Source: Gammaproteobacteria bacterium Ga0074134
GTDB lineage: Bacteria > Pseudomonadota > Gammaproteobacteria > Ga0077554 > Ga007554
Assembly (NCBI GenBank): GCA_001464965.1
Contig: LNEJ01000059.1
Location: forward strand, 5-64,004
Length of the DNA stretch: 64,000 nt
Direction of reading: 5' to 3'
The translations under genes and the position numbers were made by a program. The notes beneath the pieces are model-generated. The model searched no databases. It saw only the letters and a program-made list of their open reading frames with translations, and was not told the DNA's origin. Below, in pieces: positions 40,012 through 51,314 of this stretch. Each line of letters opens with the position of its first letter. The first letter of the stretch is position 1.

Positions 40012-41253
40012 CTAACGGTAGTGCTCAGGATAATCCTGTCGCGCCACCCCCGATTCCACGGCAGCGCGCGCCACGGCGGCCGGTATGCGGTCAATCAAAC
40101 GCAGGTCGAACGGTTTGGGGATGATGTAATCGGGGCCGAATTCCAGGTGGTCCAGCTTGTAGGCGTCGAGCACATCGCGGGGTACCGGTTCGTGGGCCAG
40201 CGCCTGCAAGGCGTGCACGGCGGCGATTTGCATGGCCTGGTTGATGCGTGTGGCGCGTACGTCCAGGGCGCCGCGGAAGATGAAGGGAAAGCCCAGTACA
40301 TTGTTGACCTGATTGGGGTAATCGCTGCGCCCGGTGGCCATGATCAGGTCGCTGCGCACCGCGTGAGCCACGGCAGGACGGATTTCGGGATCGGGGTTGG
40401 ACAAGGCGAAGACGATAGGGCGAGGCGCCATGACTTCCAGCATCTCAGGGGTCACCAAGTCAGGGCCGGACACGCCGATCAGTACGTCCGCGTCCTGCAT
40501 GGCGTCGGCCAGGGTGCGCTTATCGGTGTCGATGGCGAACTCGCGCTTGTAGGTGTTAAGGTCGGTGCGGCCGCTGTGTATCACACCCTGGCGGTCGGTG
40601 AGGAAAATATTGTGCTTTTTCGCGCCCAGCGCCACCAGCAGGCGCATCGAGGCGATGCCCGCGGCGCCCGCGCCCAGGCATACGATACGCGCCTCGCCGA
40701 TGGATTTGCCTTGCAGTTCCAGGGCGTTGAGCAGGCCGGCGGCGACGATGATGGCGGTGCCATGCTGGTCGTCGTGAAACACAGGAATATCAAGGCGTTC
40801 GATGAGTGCCTCTTCTACTTCGAAGCAGTGTGGTGCGGCGATATCTTCCAGATTGATGCCGCCAAAGGTCGGCGCGATGTGCGCCACGGTGTCGATGAAG
40901 GCCTGCGTGGAACCGGCGGCGACTTCGATATCAAACACGTCGATGTCGGCGAACTTCTTGAACAGTACCGCCTTGCCTTCCATCACCGGCTTGCCCGCCA
41001 GCGCCCCCACATCGCCCAGGCCCAGCACCGCCGTGCCATCGGTAATCACAGCCACCAGGTTGCCCTTTGCCGTATAGCGGTAGGCGGCTTCGGGATCTTT
41101 GGCGATTTCGCGCACCGGCTCGGCCACGCCAGGCGTATAGGCCAGGGCCAGCTCGCGCTGGGTGTCGCAAGGCTTGGTGACGGTGATGCCGAGCTTGCCC
41201 GGCTTGGGATGTTCGTGATAGTCGAGGGCGGCTTGCTTGATGTCTTGAGTCAT
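40012..41253 (-). CDS. NAD(P)-dependent malic enzyme, short form without a PTA domain
   Basis: Motifs [28 protein letters not shown] and [12 protein letters not shown]. Confidence 0.93.
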   Translation of the reverse strand: MTQDIKQAALDYHEHPKPGKLGITVTKPCDTQRELALAYTPGVAEPVREIAKDPEAAYRYTAKGNLVAVITDGTAVLGLGDVGALAGKPVMEGKAVLFKKFADIDVFDIEVAAGSTQAFIDTVAHIAPTFGGINLEDIAAPHCFEVEEALIERLDIPVFHDDQHGTAIIVAAGLLNALELQGKSIGEARIVCLGAGAAGIASMRLLVALGAKKHNIFLTDRQGVIHSGRTDLNTYKREFAIDTDKRTLADAMQDADVLIGVSGPDLVTPEMLEVMAPRPIVFALSNPDPEIRPAVAHAVRSDLIMATGRSDYPNQVNNVLGFPFIFRGALDVRATRINQAMQIAAVHALQALAHEPVPRDVLDAYKLDHLEFGPDYIIPKPFDLRLIDRIPAAVARAAVESGVARQDYPEHYR

Positions 41254-41275
41254 GGTTAAGGTCCGGTCTGGGTTG

Positions 41276-41848
41276 TTAGTGTGCGCGCCAGAAGGCATAA
41301 ACCGCCGCTACGCTGTCTGGCAACATATCGCAAAGGTCCGTCATTTCCTCGGGGCTTAGGGGTGCGATAGGATCTTCCTCGCTCGAAAAGTCTGGCGGCT
41401 CGCCCGCCAGTGCGATGATGGGAAACAGCATATTGCCCAGGTCGCCCTCAAGGTGTTCCATCCACTGTTCTCCACGCAGGCTCATGCCCATCATAAAGCC
41501 ACGGCACCAACCCTCGGCGACGGAGTCCGCGTCCTCACTGTCCTCGCTCTGCGGTAGCAGCGGTTGATACTCTTTCCCCACTTGGAGGGTGGCGGCGATA
41601 CTGTTGTGCATGCGCATCAGCAAGCCCATGATGTCTTCCGCCTGCCGCGCATCGGCGAAATCCGGATCTCCAGCGAAAACCAAAGGCATCCATTCGCTGG
41701 GCACGATCACCTCCGGCCCGCATATTATGGCAGTCATCAGGCCGTGGATTTCGTCCGGATAGAGGCTTTCCTCGCCGCTGGCGTCCGAAGACAAAAAGTC
41801 GTCGAGGCGTGTGAGTTCCTCGTCAGTAAGTGGTGAGTTCACATTCAT
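41276..41848 (-). CDS. UPF0149/YecA-family protein without SEC-C tail
   Basis: Motifs [15 protein letters not shown] and WCRGFM. Confidence 0.85.
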   Translation of the reverse strand: MNVNSPLTDEELTRLDDFLSSDASGEESLYPDEIHGLMTAIICGPEVIVPSEWMPLVFAGDPDFADARQAEDIMGLLMRMHNSIAATLQVGKEYQPLLPQSEDSEDADSVAEGWCRGFMMGMSLRGEQWMEHLEGDLGNMLFPIIALAGEPPDFSSEEDPIAPLSPEEMTDLCDMLPDSVAAVYAFWRAH

Positions 41849-42006
41849 GTTTTGGTCCTTTTTGCCTGTGGGATGCCGTGGTACGCAGTGCCCTGCCGAT
41901 AGCCTGCGCGGTGAATAAAACGTGCCGTTGTTTTTCAGGATACAAGCTTACATCAAAAAGCCTGTGTACCCCAATGGGCTTTCTCCGTGCCAGAGCCTTT
42001 TTCGGG

Positions 42007-42906
42007 TTAAGAAGCCTGCTTCATTAGTGTGTGGTACGTCGCCAAGCGGCGCACGGAAATTTTTCCTGCGGCTACCGCCTGAAGTACGCTGCAACCAGGC
42101 TCATGGATATGTTTGCAATCGTTGAATTTACACTGGCCAAGAAACGGGCGGAATTCAATGAAGGCATGATCGAGTTGCGTAGCATCAACATGGTGCAGGC
42201 CGAACTCTTGCAGGCCGGGTGAATCGATCAAATGGCTGCTTGCATCCAGGTGGTAAAGTTCGGCGTGGGTGGTGGTGTGACGCCCGGAGTCCAGCGTTGC
42301 CGAAAGATCGCCAGTACGTGCCCGCGCGCCAGGCAGCAGTGCATTGATAATGCTGGATTTGCCCATGCCGGATTGCCCCACCAGCACGCTGGTATGGCCG
42401 GTCAGCATAGGGCGCAAGGGGCTTATGTTTTGTTTTGCGCACAAGGTCAGCAGCGGATAACCCAAGTCACGATAAAGTTGCAGTATGCCCAAAGCATGTT
42501 GCGTTTCATTCACCATGTCGCTTTTATTGAGCACGATGAGCGCCTTGATGCCCGCCACTTCGGCGGCCACCAGATAACGGTTAAGTAAATCTTCGTGAAA
42601 GCCCGGCACCGCCGCGACCACAATAATGATTTGCGTGACATTGGCGGCAATGATTTTTTCGCGGAACTGATCGGAGCGATGCAGCAGCGAGGTGCGCGGC
42701 TCAACGGATTCGATGACACCATGATTCGATCCGGTGAGCTTGATCTGCACGCGGTCACCACACGCCACGCCGGTTTTTTTGCCGCGCGTCACGCACGCAA
42801 TGATTCTGCCGTCCGCCAATTCTACGACCAGTTGCCGGCCAAAACTGGCGGTGACTTGGCCTGGCAATAGCGAGGTCAATGCGCGTATGAAAGGTGTCCT
42901 GGACAT
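42007..42906 (-). CDS. rsgA: Ribosome small subunit-dependent GTPase A
   Basis: NKSD, GQSGMGKSS, GRHTTT, DSPG and the zinc site CKFNDCKH..EPGC. Confidence 0.95.
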   Translation of the reverse strand: MSRTPFIRALTSLLPGQVTASFGRQLVVELADGRIIACVTRGKKTGVACGDRVQIKLTGSNHGVIESVEPRTSLLHRSDQFREKIIAANVTQIIIVVAAVPGFHEDLLNRYLVAAEVAGIKALIVLNKSDMVNETQHALGILQLYRDLGYPLLTLCAKQNISPLRPMLTGHTSVLVGQSGMGKSSIINALLPGARARTGDLSATLDSGRHTTTHAELYHLDASSHLIDSPGLQEFGLHHVDATQLDHAFIEFRPFLGQCKFNDCKHIHEPGCSVLQAVAAGKISVRRLATYHTLMKQAS

Positions 42907-43092
42907 AGGGGGTTGATCACTGCAATTTTTCACATTTGTGGAGGTGCCCGATAGCACGCTTGTACCAATACGACTGCGTTGGTACCAATACCGGCATTGT
43001 AGAGGTAACAGTGGACAGCGTCATCTATCGAGTTGCCGGGGGCGCGGCTATGGCATAATTGGCAGTATTCAACTCCAAGCGGAATTTCTCTC

Positions 43093-44130
43093 GTGAACCA
43101 GATTACCCTTACCCGTCCCGATGACTGGCACTTGCACCTGCGCGATGGCACGGTGCTGGCTACCACCGTTGCGCATACGGCACGCTGCTTTGCTCGCGCC
43201 ATCATCATGCCCAATCTCAAGCCGCCGGTCACTACGACGGAGGCGGCGCTGGCCTACCGGGCGCGCATCCTCGCGGCGTTGCCGGAGGGTGCGGGTTTTG
43301 ATCCGCTGATGACATTGTACCTCACCGACAATACTCCATCGCAGGAGATCGCACGCGCCAAACTCAGCGGCCATGTGGCGGCGGTGAAGCTCTACCCGGC
43401 GGGGGCGACGACGCATTCCGATGCGGGCGTGACAAAGTTGGAAAAGACGTATCCCGCGCTGGAGGCGATGCAGGAGCATGGATTGCCGCTGCTAATCCAT
43501 GGCGAGGTTACCGATGGCGATATCGACATCTTCGACCGCGAGCGGGTGTTTATCGAGCGCCACCTGATCCCGCTTGCAGCGCGTTTCCCTGCTCTGCGCA
43601 TCGTGCTGGAACACATCACCACCAAAGAGGCTGCCGATTATGTGGCAGCGGCAGCGGATAACGTCGCCGCTACCATCACAGTCCATCATTTGCTGCTCAA
43701 TCGCAACGCCATGCTGGCGGGCGGCATCCGCCCCCATTACTACTGCCTGCCAGTGCTCAAGCGCGAGATGCATCGCCAGGCGCTAGTGGCGGCGGCGGTA
43801 AGTGGCAGCCCGAAGTTTTTCCTCGGCACCGACAGTGCGCCGCACGCCAGGCACACCAAGGAGGCTGCCTGCGGCTGCGCGGGCATTTACACCGCTCATG
43901 CCGCGATTGAGCTTTATGCCGAGGCCTTTGAGCTGGCGGGTGCCTTGGACAAGCTGGAAGCCTTCGCCAGTTTCCACGGCCCGGATTTTTACCGTCTGCC
44001 GCGCAATAGCGGACGCATCACTCTGCGGCGGCGCGAGTGGCGCGTGCCGGCGTCATTCGACCTGGGCGAGGATACGTTGATCCCCTTCCGTGCCGGTGAA
44101 GCTGTCGCCTGGAGCGTTGCCGATGAATAA
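43093..44130 (+). CDS. pyrC: Dihydroorotase (type II)
   Basis: [19 protein letters not shown] and LGTDSAPH; GTG start. Confidence 0.96.
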   Translation: MNQITLTRPDDWHLHLRDGTVLATTVAHTARCFARAIIMPNLKPPVTTTEAALAYRARILAALPEGAGFDPLMTLYLTDNTPSQEIARAKLSGHVAAVKLYPAGATTHSDAGVTKLEKTYPALEAMQEHGLPLLIHGEVTDGDIDIFDRERVFIERHLIPLAARFPALRIVLEHITTKEAADYVAAAADNVAATITVHHLLLNRNAMLAGGIRPHYYCLPVLKREMHRQALVAAAVSGSPKFFLGTDSAPHARHTKEAACGCAGIYTAHAAIELYAEAFELAGALDKLEAFASFHGPDFYRLPRNSGRITLRRREWRVPASFDLGEDTLIPFRAGEAVAWSVADE

Positions 44131-44782
44131 TTCTGTGAGCACTCCAGCCAAGTCTCCCATGGCCTCCCGCTTTCGCGGTTTTCTGCCGGTGGTGGTGGAC
44201 GTGGAGACGGCGGGATTCAACGCACAGACTGATGCGCTGCTGGAAATCGCCGCAGTCACGCTACGCATGGATGAGGCGGGCGCCATAGGCCCGCACGAGA
44301 CACATGCCTGCCATGTGGAACCGTTTGCGGGCGCGAACCTTGAGCCATCGGCGCTGGCCTTCAACGGCATTGATCCCTATCACCCGTTCCGGTTCGCAAA
44401 GCCCGAGGCCGAGGCCCTGCACGTCATTTTTAATGCGGTGCGCAAGGCGCTCAAGGACAGCGGTTGCACCCGCGCCATCCTGGTAGGGCATAATCCCTTC
44501 TTTGATCTCGGCTTCCTCAATGCCGCGGTGACGCGCACCAAAATCAAGCGCAATCCCTTTCATCCTTTCAGCACGTTCGATACCGCCACCCTGGGTGGCC
44601 TGGCCTACGGCCAAACCGTGCTGGCGCGCGCGGCGCACGCGGCAGGGCTGGAGTGGGACAGCCGCGAGGCGCACTCGGCCATTTACGACGCCAAAAAAAC
44701 CGCCGAACTCTTCTGTGCGGTAGTCAACCGCTGGGGAATCCTGCAACGATCAAGCGCTTTGAAAGTGATGGACACGGGTTGA
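44123..44782 (+). CDS. rnt: Ribonuclease T
   Basis: [25 protein letters not shown] and HSAIYD; pyrC-rnt synteny. Confidence 0.96.
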   Translation: MNNSVSTPAKSPMASRFRGFLPVVVDVETAGFNAQTDALLEIAAVTLRMDEAGAIGPHETHACHVEPFAGANLEPSALAFNGIDPYHPFRFAKPEAEALHVIFNAVRKALKDSGCTRAILVGHNPFFDLGFLNAAVTRTKIKRNPFHPFSTFDTATLGGLAYGQTVLARAAHAAGLEWDSREAHSAIYDAKKTAELFCAVVNRWGILQRSSALKVMDTG

Positions 44783-44873
44783 AATCCCGCGTAATCTTAG
44801 GGGTTTACAGCGTGTTGGTGTTTTGCGGGATTGTTGTTACTGAGGACTGCTGACCCGCCAGCACACAAACCCC

Positions 44874-45827
44874 ATGATGAGTAGAGATGATTTATCGATA
44901 ATCGTGGTGGATGACATGCCTCTTGCGTGCGAGGCGGTCTGTCTGCTGCTTGAAGATATCGGCTATCTGGATGTGCGTAGCGCACACAGCGCCAGGCACG
45001 CCTTGGCGTTGTTGATGGAGCGCCCAGCGGATGTGGTGCTCACCGACTGGAATATGCCTGAGATGGATGGGCTGGAGCTCACGCGCCGTATTCGCCAGGT
45101 GGATGAGGATGCCAATCACTACACTTCGATAATCATGGCTACAGCTACCGAAGATCTGGAAGGCATGTTGCTGGCCTTTCAGCATGGCATCGACGATTAC
45201 ATGACCAAGCCCCTGCGCAAACAGGAGCTGGCTGCCCGCCTCCATGCCGCGGGGCGTATTGCCGACCTGCAGAACCGGTTGATCGATACCGCCCAACGCC
45301 TCGATGCTCTCAACAAACAATTGCAGGAGCTGGCGACGACTGATCCACTTACCGGTATTGGTAACCGCCGCTACCTGCAAACCCATCTGGATGCCATGCT
45401 CGCGGAAACCATGGCGCGTGGCGGCGCCACCTGCCTTGCTCTGATCGACCTCGACCATTTTAAAGCAATCAATGATACCCATGGGCATGGTGTGGGTGAT
45501 GAGGTGTTGGTGGCGTTCACCAAATGTTTGCATGGCGTGGCACGGCCGACCGATATAGTGGCGCGGATGGGCGGGGAGGAGTTTGCTGTGGTCATGCACT
45601 ACCCGAAGATGAGCAGATGCAACACTGAAGCGTTTGAACGCATTTTGCACGATATAAGCCAACGCCCTATCAAAACCACAGCGGGCGATATTTCTCTGAC
45701 CGCTTCGGCTGGGGTATGTTGCTACGTTAGTGGTGAAGCATTGCCGACACCCGAGGCATTGATAAGCCGTGCCGATATCAAGCTGTATCAGGCCAAGGCG
45801 CAGGGGAGGAATCGAGTCGTGTTCTGA
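44874..45827 (+). CDS. Response regulator / diguanylate cyclase (REC-GGDEF)
   Basis: Receiver motifs VVDD and TDWNMPEMDG; RPTD I-site and GGEEF. Confidence 0.92.
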   Translation: MMSRDDLSIIVVDDMPLACEAVCLLLEDIGYLDVRSAHSARHALALLMERPADVVLTDWNMPEMDGLELTRRIRQVDEDANHYTSIIMATATEDLEGMLLAFQHGIDDYMTKPLRKQELAARLHAAGRIADLQNRLIDTAQRLDALNKQLQELATTDPLTGIGNRRYLQTHLDAMLAETMARGGATCLALIDLDHFKAINDTHGHGVGDEVLVAFTKCLHGVARPTDIVARMGGEEFAVVMHYPKMSRCNTEAFERILHDISQRPIKTTAGDISLTASAGVCCYVSGEALPTPEALISRADIKLYQAKAQGRNRVVF

Positions 45828-45919
45828 CGCATTGCCACCATTGTTCCCTTCACCGGGATTTACGGTGGAATGTCCCCCTGATTTTCTCCAGTCCCGCCAC
45901 GCTTTCTTGAATTATTGCC

Positions 45920-48106
45920 ATGAAAAAATCCGATTTTTTTGCCACCGCCCCCAAAGGCATGGAACCACTGCTGGCCGGCGAACTGCGCGCGCTGGGTATC
46001 TCCAGCGTAGCCGAGACCCGTGCCGGTGTAGCGTTTGAGGCATCGCTGGAGCAGGCCTACAGGGTGTGTCTGTGGTCGCGCATTGCCAACCGGGTTTTGT
46101 TGCCGCTGGCGGTCTTTCCCGCGCCCACGCCCGAGGCGCTCTATTCAGGCGTGCGCTCGATCCGCTGGAATGAGCATTTGTCCGCGGAGGGTACACTGGC
46201 GGTGGATTTCAGCGCATTGCAGTCACAGATTACCCACACCCATTTTGGCGCGCTAAAGGTGAAAGACGCCATTGTCGATCAATTTCGCGAGGCGACGGGG
46301 ATACGCCCGTCCGTGGCACGGGAGCGGCCCGATGTGCGTATCAACGTCTATCTGCGCCGCGACGAGGCCACTGTCAGCCTCGACCTGGCGGGCGAAAGCC
46401 TGCACCGGCGCGGTTATCGTCAGGAGGGTGTGGAGGCGCCGCTCAAGGAGAATCTCGCCGCGGCGATTCTGCTGCGTGCCGGCTGGCCGGAAATCGCGCG
46501 CATGGGTGGTGCGTTGCTCGATCCGATGTGCGGCTCCGGCACGCTTCCTATCGAGGCCGCCATGATCGCCGCCGATATCGCCCCCGGCTTGCTGCGGCCG
46601 TATTACGGATTTTTGCGCTGGAAGGGGCATGATGCCGGGGTCTGGGCCAGCCTGGTTGCAGAAGCGCAGGCGCGCCGGGAGCAGGGGATGAAACACCTGC
46701 CGCCGATATCCGGCTACGACGCCGATCCGGGCGCGGTGAGGATTGCGCTAGTCAATGTGGAGCATGCAGGCTTGCAAGGCCGCGTGCATATCGAACGCCG
46801 TGAGCTTGCCAGCATGGATGCGCCACGCTCACATCAGCCCGGCCTGGTGGTTGTCAACCCGCCTTACGGCGAGCGTTTGGGACAGATAGACGAGCTGCGG
46901 CATCTGTACAAGGCATTGGGCGACAAGCTCAAGGCGCACTTCGAGGGCTGGAAAGCCGTAGTGCTCACTGGTAATCCCGATCTGGGTAAGCACATGGGGC
47001 TGCGGGCGCGGCGCATTCACACACTCTATAATGGCGCCATTGAGTGCAAGCTGCTGAGCTTTGACGTCATCCCCGAATGGTACATGGGTCACCACGCCAG
47101 GAGCGTTGAAGCTGCCGCCACCGGCGCGCCTGTTGCATCTTCCCCTGAACCACACTCTGAGCCGCTCAATACAGGCGCGGAAATGTTCGCCAACCGCCTG
47201 CGCAAGAACCTGAAAAACATCGGGCGCTGGGCGCAGCGCGAGGGCGTGCATTGCTTCCGCCTGTACGATGCCGATCTGCCGGAATATGCGCTGGCGGTGG
47301 ATATCTACGAGAAATGGGTGCATGTGCAGGAATACGAAGCCCCCAAAACAGTGGATCCGGCGAAGGCCGCATCACGCCTAAGTGTAGCCCTGGCGGCAAT
47401 GCCGGAAGCGCTCGGCGTCCCCGCGGCAAACATTTTTCTCAAGGTGCGCCGCCAGCAGAAGGGCAAGTCGCAATATGTGAAACAGGATGCGGCAGGCAAT
47501 TTTTATGAGGTGCGCGAGGGCAACTGTAAGTTCTTGGTGAACTTCACGGACTACCTCGACACCGGCCTGTTCCTCGATCACCGCCCGACACGCGCCCTGA
47601 TACAGTCGCTGGCGAAGGGGAAGCGCTTTCTCAATCTGTTCGGCTACACCGGCGCCGCGACGGTGCATGCTGCCGTGGGCGGCGCGGCCGCCACTGTCAC
47701 GGTTGATATGTCCAACACCTATCTTGCCTGGGCGCGGCGCAATCTTGCGCTTAACGGATTCAGTGATCGCAGGCACGAATTCATCCAGGCGGACTGTCTG
47801 GAATGGATGGAAAACGAGAAGCAGCGCTACGGCCTCATCTTTCTCGACCCGCCCACCTTTTCAAACTCCAAGCGCATGGATGGCACGCTGGATGTTCAGC
47901 GGGATCATGTGATGTTGATCAAGGCCGCCGTCCGGCTGCTCGAGCGCGACGGCGTGCTGCTGTTTTCCAATAACAATCAGCGCTTCAAGATGGATCGTGA
48001 GGCGCTCCCCGGCCTGCGGATCGAAGACATCTCACGCACCACCCTGCCCAAGGATTTTGAGCGCAACCCGCGCATTCATAACTGCTGGAAGATTACGCAG
48101 GGATGA
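45920..48106 (+). CDS. rlmL: Bifunctional 23S rRNA methyltransferase RlmKL
   Basis: THUMP domain, DPMCGSGT, NPPYGER, DTGLFLDHR and DPPTFSNSK. Confidence 0.95.
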   Translation: MKKSDFFATAPKGMEPLLAGELRALGISSVAETRAGVAFEASLEQAYRVCLWSRIANRVLLPLAVFPAPTPEALYSGVRSIRWNEHLSAEGTLAVDFSALQSQITHTHFGALKVKDAIVDQFREATGIRPSVARERPDVRINVYLRRDEATVSLDLAGESLHRRGYRQEGVEAPLKENLAAAILLRAGWPEIARMGGALLDPMCGSGTLPIEAAMIAADIAPGLLRPYYGFLRWKGHDAGVWASLVAEAQARREQGMKHLPPISGYDADPGAVRIALVNVEHAGLQGRVHIERRELASMDAPRSHQPGLVVVNPPYGERLGQIDELRHLYKALGDKLKAHFEGWKAVVLTGNPDLGKHMGLRARRIHTLYNGAIECKLLSFDVIPEWYMGHHARSVEAAATGAPVASSPEPHSEPLNTGAEMFANRLRKNLKNIGRWAQREGVHCFRLYDADLPEYALAVDIYEKWVHVQEYEAPKTVDPAKAASRLSVALAAMPEALGVPAANIFLKVRRQQKGKSQYVKQDAAGNFYEVREGNCKFLVNFTDYLDTGLFLDHRPTRALIQSLAKGKRFLNLFGYTGAATVHAAVGGAAATVTVDMSNTYLAWARRNLALNGFSDRRHEFIQADCLEWMENEKQRYGLIFLDPPTFSNSKRMDGTLDVQRDHVMLIKAAVRLLERDGVLLFSNNNQRFKMDREALPGLRIEDISRTTLPKDFERNPRIHNCWKITQG

Positions 48107-48260
48107 TGTATGTACGGCCAGGCTCTTGATGGATAGGCTCTTACATAGTGCCGGATCATGTAAACGGGGATACAATAGCGCTATTATCGAGGCATCCTTG
48201 TGAATCAGGATGCCCTCAATGGGTTCATGCTGTACGATTTTTGTTTATCCAGGATCATTA

Positions 48261-48614
48261 ATGCAATCTGAAGAATTGAAGCAACTCGCGGTTGCCGCGC
48301 TCGAAGATATCAAGGCGGTCGATATCAAGGTGTTCGATGTGCGTGGCATCACCGGCATTACGGACTTTATGGTGATTGCCAGCGGCACGTCCAGCCGGCA
48401 TGTCAAATCGATAGCCGATAATGTGAGCGTGGAGGCCAAAAAGGCCGGGGTGCGGCCGTTGGGCGTGGAAGGAGAGCGTGAAGGCGAATGGGTGCTGGTT
48501 GATCTGGCGGATGTGGTGGTGCATGTCATGCTGCCGCAGGCGCGTGACTTTTACCAGTTGGAGAAGCTGTGGGACGCCGGGGCACGTAAACAGGATTCCA
48601 TGGCGGGCGGCTAA
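48261..48614 (+). CDS. rsfS: Ribosome silencing factor
   Basis: ALEDIKA, WVLVD and [10 protein letters not shown]. Confidence 0.95.
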   Translation: MQSEELKQLAVAALEDIKAVDIKVFDVRGITGITDFMVIASGTSSRHVKSIADNVSVEAKKAGVRPLGVEGEREGEWVLVDLADVVVHVMLPQARDFYQLEKLWDAGARKQDSMAGG

Positions 48615-48665
48615 GACTGCTATGACTGGGCAGGGGAACTACGCCTGCCCAGTTGCTATTGGGAG

Positions 48666-49367
48666 TTAACCTTGGCTGTTCGCGTCTTTGAGCAGCTGAT
48701 CGTTTGGGGATATGTGCAGCTCGACGCGGCGGTTTTGCGCGCGGCCGTCGGCGGTATCATTGGAGGCTATCGGATTGTCCGGGCCGAATCCCATCACCGT
48801 CATGCGGCTGGCTTTTACGCCCTGTTCGCTCAGGTAGGCGCGCACGGCATTTGCACGGCGCTCTGAAAGTTGCTGGTTATAGCTCATTGTGCCGACATTA
48901 TCGGTGTAACCCGCTACCGTGATTTCGGTTTTATCATATTTTTTCAAAATATCAGCCATTTTTTGCAGACTGGCCTTCGATTCGGGCCTAAGGGTCGACT
49001 GGTTAAAGTCGAAAAGAATCTTGTCTTTCATGGTAGCCACGATACCGTCATCGACACGTTTTACTTCGGCAACTTGCGCCAGTTCCTGTGCCTGCTTGTC
49101 CATATAATTGCCGATAATGCCGCCGGTCGCCGCGCCAAGCGCACCGCCGATCAGCGCGCCTTTGCCGGCGTTGGCCTTCTTGCTGCCGATCAGGCCGCCA
49201 ACGATAGCGCCACCCAGGCCACCGATCAGCGCGCCTTTTTGGGTGCGCGACATCGGTTCAGAGCCGGAGGAGGTTTGCGAGCCTGGCGTTGTCGCGCATC
49301 CGGCCTGCCCAAGGACAAGGACGGTAATGATGGCCAAGGCAATGCCTGTTTTCCATTGGCGGGTCAT
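48666..49367 (-). CDS. OmpA-family lipoprotein with glycine zipper (YiaD-like)
   Basis: Lipobox-like QAGC; GALIGG repeats; GYTD, LSERRA and NRRVE. Confidence 0.9.
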   Translation of the reverse strand: MTRQWKTGIALAIITVLVLGQAGCATTPGSQTSSGSEPMSRTQKGALIGGLGGAIVGGLIGSKKANAGKGALIGGALGAATGGIIGNYMDKQAQELAQVAEVKRVDDGIVATMKDKILFDFNQSTLRPESKASLQKMADILKKYDKTEITVAGYTDNVGTMSYNQQLSERRANAVRAYLSEQGVKASRMTVMGFGPDNPIASNDTADGRAQNRRVELHISPNDQLLKDANSQG

Positions 49368-49489
49368 GGGTTGTATCTCCAATTCAGATTAGGGTATTAA
49401 GAAATTAATTAATGTATAAACTAATTATATCACGCAAAGCCGCTGGAGCAGCGCTTCATGGCGCAGCGGTTATCTTCCGGATAACTTGA

Positions 49490-49960
49490 ATGCAGATTTA
49501 CTTGATTGCGGTAGGCGACCGTATGCCGCGGTGGGTGCAAGACGGGTACCGGGAATACGCCAAGCGCCTGCCGCCGGAGTGCGGACTGCATCTGATTGAA
49601 ATCGCGCCCGGCAGGCGTGGCAAGGGTGTTGATGTGGAACGGACCGTGCATGATGAGGGTGAGCGTATGCTGGCAGCGATACCCCGTGGTTGCCGGGTGT
49701 TTGCGCTCGACGTGCCGGGACGGCAATGGAGCACGGAGGATCTGTCGCAGAAGTTGGCAGGCTGGATGCAGGGCGGCTGCGATGTCGCGCTGCTGGTCGG
49801 CGGCCCCGAGGGCCTGTCAGCCGCGTGCCGGCAGCGTGCCGAGGGGTTGTGGTCGCTATCACTGCTGACATTGCCGCATCCCGTGGTGCGCATCGTGCTC
49901 GCCGAGCAGCTGTACCGGGCATGGAGTATTTTAAAAAATCATCCTTATCACCGAAAATAG
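49490..49960 (+). CDS. rlmH: 23S rRNA pseudouridine-1915 methyltransferase
   Basis: VGGPEGL, TLPH, EQLYRA and HPYHR. Confidence 0.96.
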   Translation: MQIYLIAVGDRMPRWVQDGYREYAKRLPPECGLHLIEIAPGRRGKGVDVERTVHDEGERMLAAIPRGCRVFALDVPGRQWSTEDLSQKLAGWMQGGCDVALLVGGPEGLSAACRQRAEGLWSLSLLTLPHPVVRIVLAEQLYRAWSILKNHPYHRK

Positions 49961-50042
49961 TTTTTGATTTTGCGTAGCCAATTTAATGACGACACGTCAA
50001 AAATGTGACGTGTTATTGCAGAGATTCTTATGGAAGAATGCA

Positions 50043-50624
50043 ATGATGTGGAAATTGTTGACAAATAAGTGTGGTTATTTGGCGCGCGCCGCAGGCCTGT
50101 TGTTGTGTGTCTTATCCGGCGTCGCGAATGCGGAGGAAACTCAGCCATGGATTATGGTGGATAGCCGCCAGCAAACGCTGACTGTCTTTGCGGGGCAGGA
50201 CAAGGTGCTGAAGCATTTCTCTTATGTGGCGCTAGGGCGGGGTGGCGTGGCTGGTGACCGTCACCGGGGTGATCGCACGACTCCCCTGGGTACATTTCAT
50301 GTGGCATGGATAAATCCGAAAAGCCGCTTCGGCATATTTTTCGGTCTTGATTTTCCTTCTCTGGAAAATGCGGATCGCGCCTATCGCGATAATCTTATCG
50401 ATCGAGAAACCTACCTCAATATTCTCGATGCCGTTATCGAGCGCCGTGTTCCTCCGCAGGATACGCCGCTGGGTGGACAGATCGGTATTCATGGCCTGGG
50501 CGGCAGAGATCCGCGCATGCACCGCAGCGTCAATTGGACCGATGGCTGTATTGCGCTGACCGATGCCCAGATCAGGTTGCTTGCGCGTTTGGTGCGGATC
50601 GGCACCAAGGTATTGATCATCTAA
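50043..50624 (+). CDS. L,D-transpeptidase (YkuD) family protein
   Basis: Signal peptide; GDRTTPLG; IGIHG...WTDGCIAL catalytic His and Cys. Confidence 0.88.
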   Translation: MMWKLLTNKCGYLARAAGLLLCVLSGVANAEETQPWIMVDSRQQTLTVFAGQDKVLKHFSYVALGRGGVAGDRHRGDRTTPLGTFHVAWINPKSRFGIFFGLDFPSLENADRAYRDNLIDRETYLNILDAVIERRVPPQDTPLGGQIGIHGLGGRDPRMHRSVNWTDGCIALTDAQIRLLARLVRIGTKVLII

Positions 50625-50817
50625 CCTGATCCCCACCTGAAAAATTCATCCTCGTCACACCTCCTTCCCAACCGGCAGGCGCCTCGTGGCGTCGCCAAAT
50701 CCAGACGCGGTTTTTGTGCGCCCTATCTGGCAAAGTCCGAGCGAGTGGATTACCCTATGAAAGGTGCCCCTAAAGGGGGGTCACCTAAATAGTGTGCAAA
50801 TAAGAATGTAAGGAGAC

Positions 50818-51186
50818 ATGAATATGAATAAACAACTACTGAAGTTATCTCCCATTGTGTTGTCCCTTGGTTTGGCGGCCTGTGCAACGGGTGGGGATGT
50901 GGATAAAATCCGTGCGATGGCGGAGCAGGCACAAGAAACCGCGAGCGCCGCCCAGGCCAAAGCGGATCAGGCGTTAAGCAAAACGGCTACGGCGCAATCC
51001 ACCGCGGACCAAGCGTTAAGCAAGGCGACTAGCGCCGCTTCGGCCGCGGATCAGGCAATGAGCAAGGCCAACGCCGCTCAATCCACTGCGGATCAGGCCA
51101 TGAGCAAGGCCGATGAAGCCAGCCGGAAAGCTGATCAAAGCAATGAAAAGCTTGATCGGATGTTTAGAAAATCAATGGAAAAATAA
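50818..51186 (+). CDS. Lpp/OprI-like alanine-zipper lipoprotein, elongated, ending in Lys
   Basis: Lipobox LAAC; five ADQ-centred 14-aa repeats; C-terminus NEKLDRMFRKSMEK; strong AAGGAG RBS. Confidence 0.88.
   Translation: MNMNKQLLKLSPIVLSLGLAACATGGDVDKIRAMAEQAQETASAAQAKADQALSKTATAQSTADQALSKATSAASAADQAMSKANAAQSTADQAMSKADEASRKADQSNEKLDRMFRKSMEK
50950..51150 (+). repeat. 42-bp coding tandem repeats in the Lpp-like gene
   Basis: GC(G/T)GA(T/C)CA units start at 50962, 51004, 51046, 51088 and 51130. Confidence 0.85.
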
Positions 51187-51210
51187 GCGGCGTTTTTTTA
51201 AGCTGCGAGA

Positions 51211-51243
51211 GAAGCCCCGCATGCCTTGCGCTACGGGGCTTTC
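51211..51243. terminator. Probable terminator between the Lpp-like gene and the convergent L,D-transpeptidase
   Basis: GAAGCCCCG...CGGGGCTTTC stem. Confidence 0.6.
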
Positions 51244-51314
51244 AACTATATGTAGATGTGATTCCAAGGGGGGCACCCCCCTGCAACCTGAAAAAATTCC
51301 CGATGCGTGCCGCG

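Noticed and set aside
48118-48144. Two AGGCTCTT motifs resembling the rpoH MITE end
   Set aside because: Only 8-9 bp, with no partner inverted repeat or core.
50950-51150. CRISPR array suggested by regularly spaced repeats
   Set aside because: The 42-bp period is in frame within a lipoprotein gene, the units are degenerate at wobble positions, and there are no unique spacers or cas genes.
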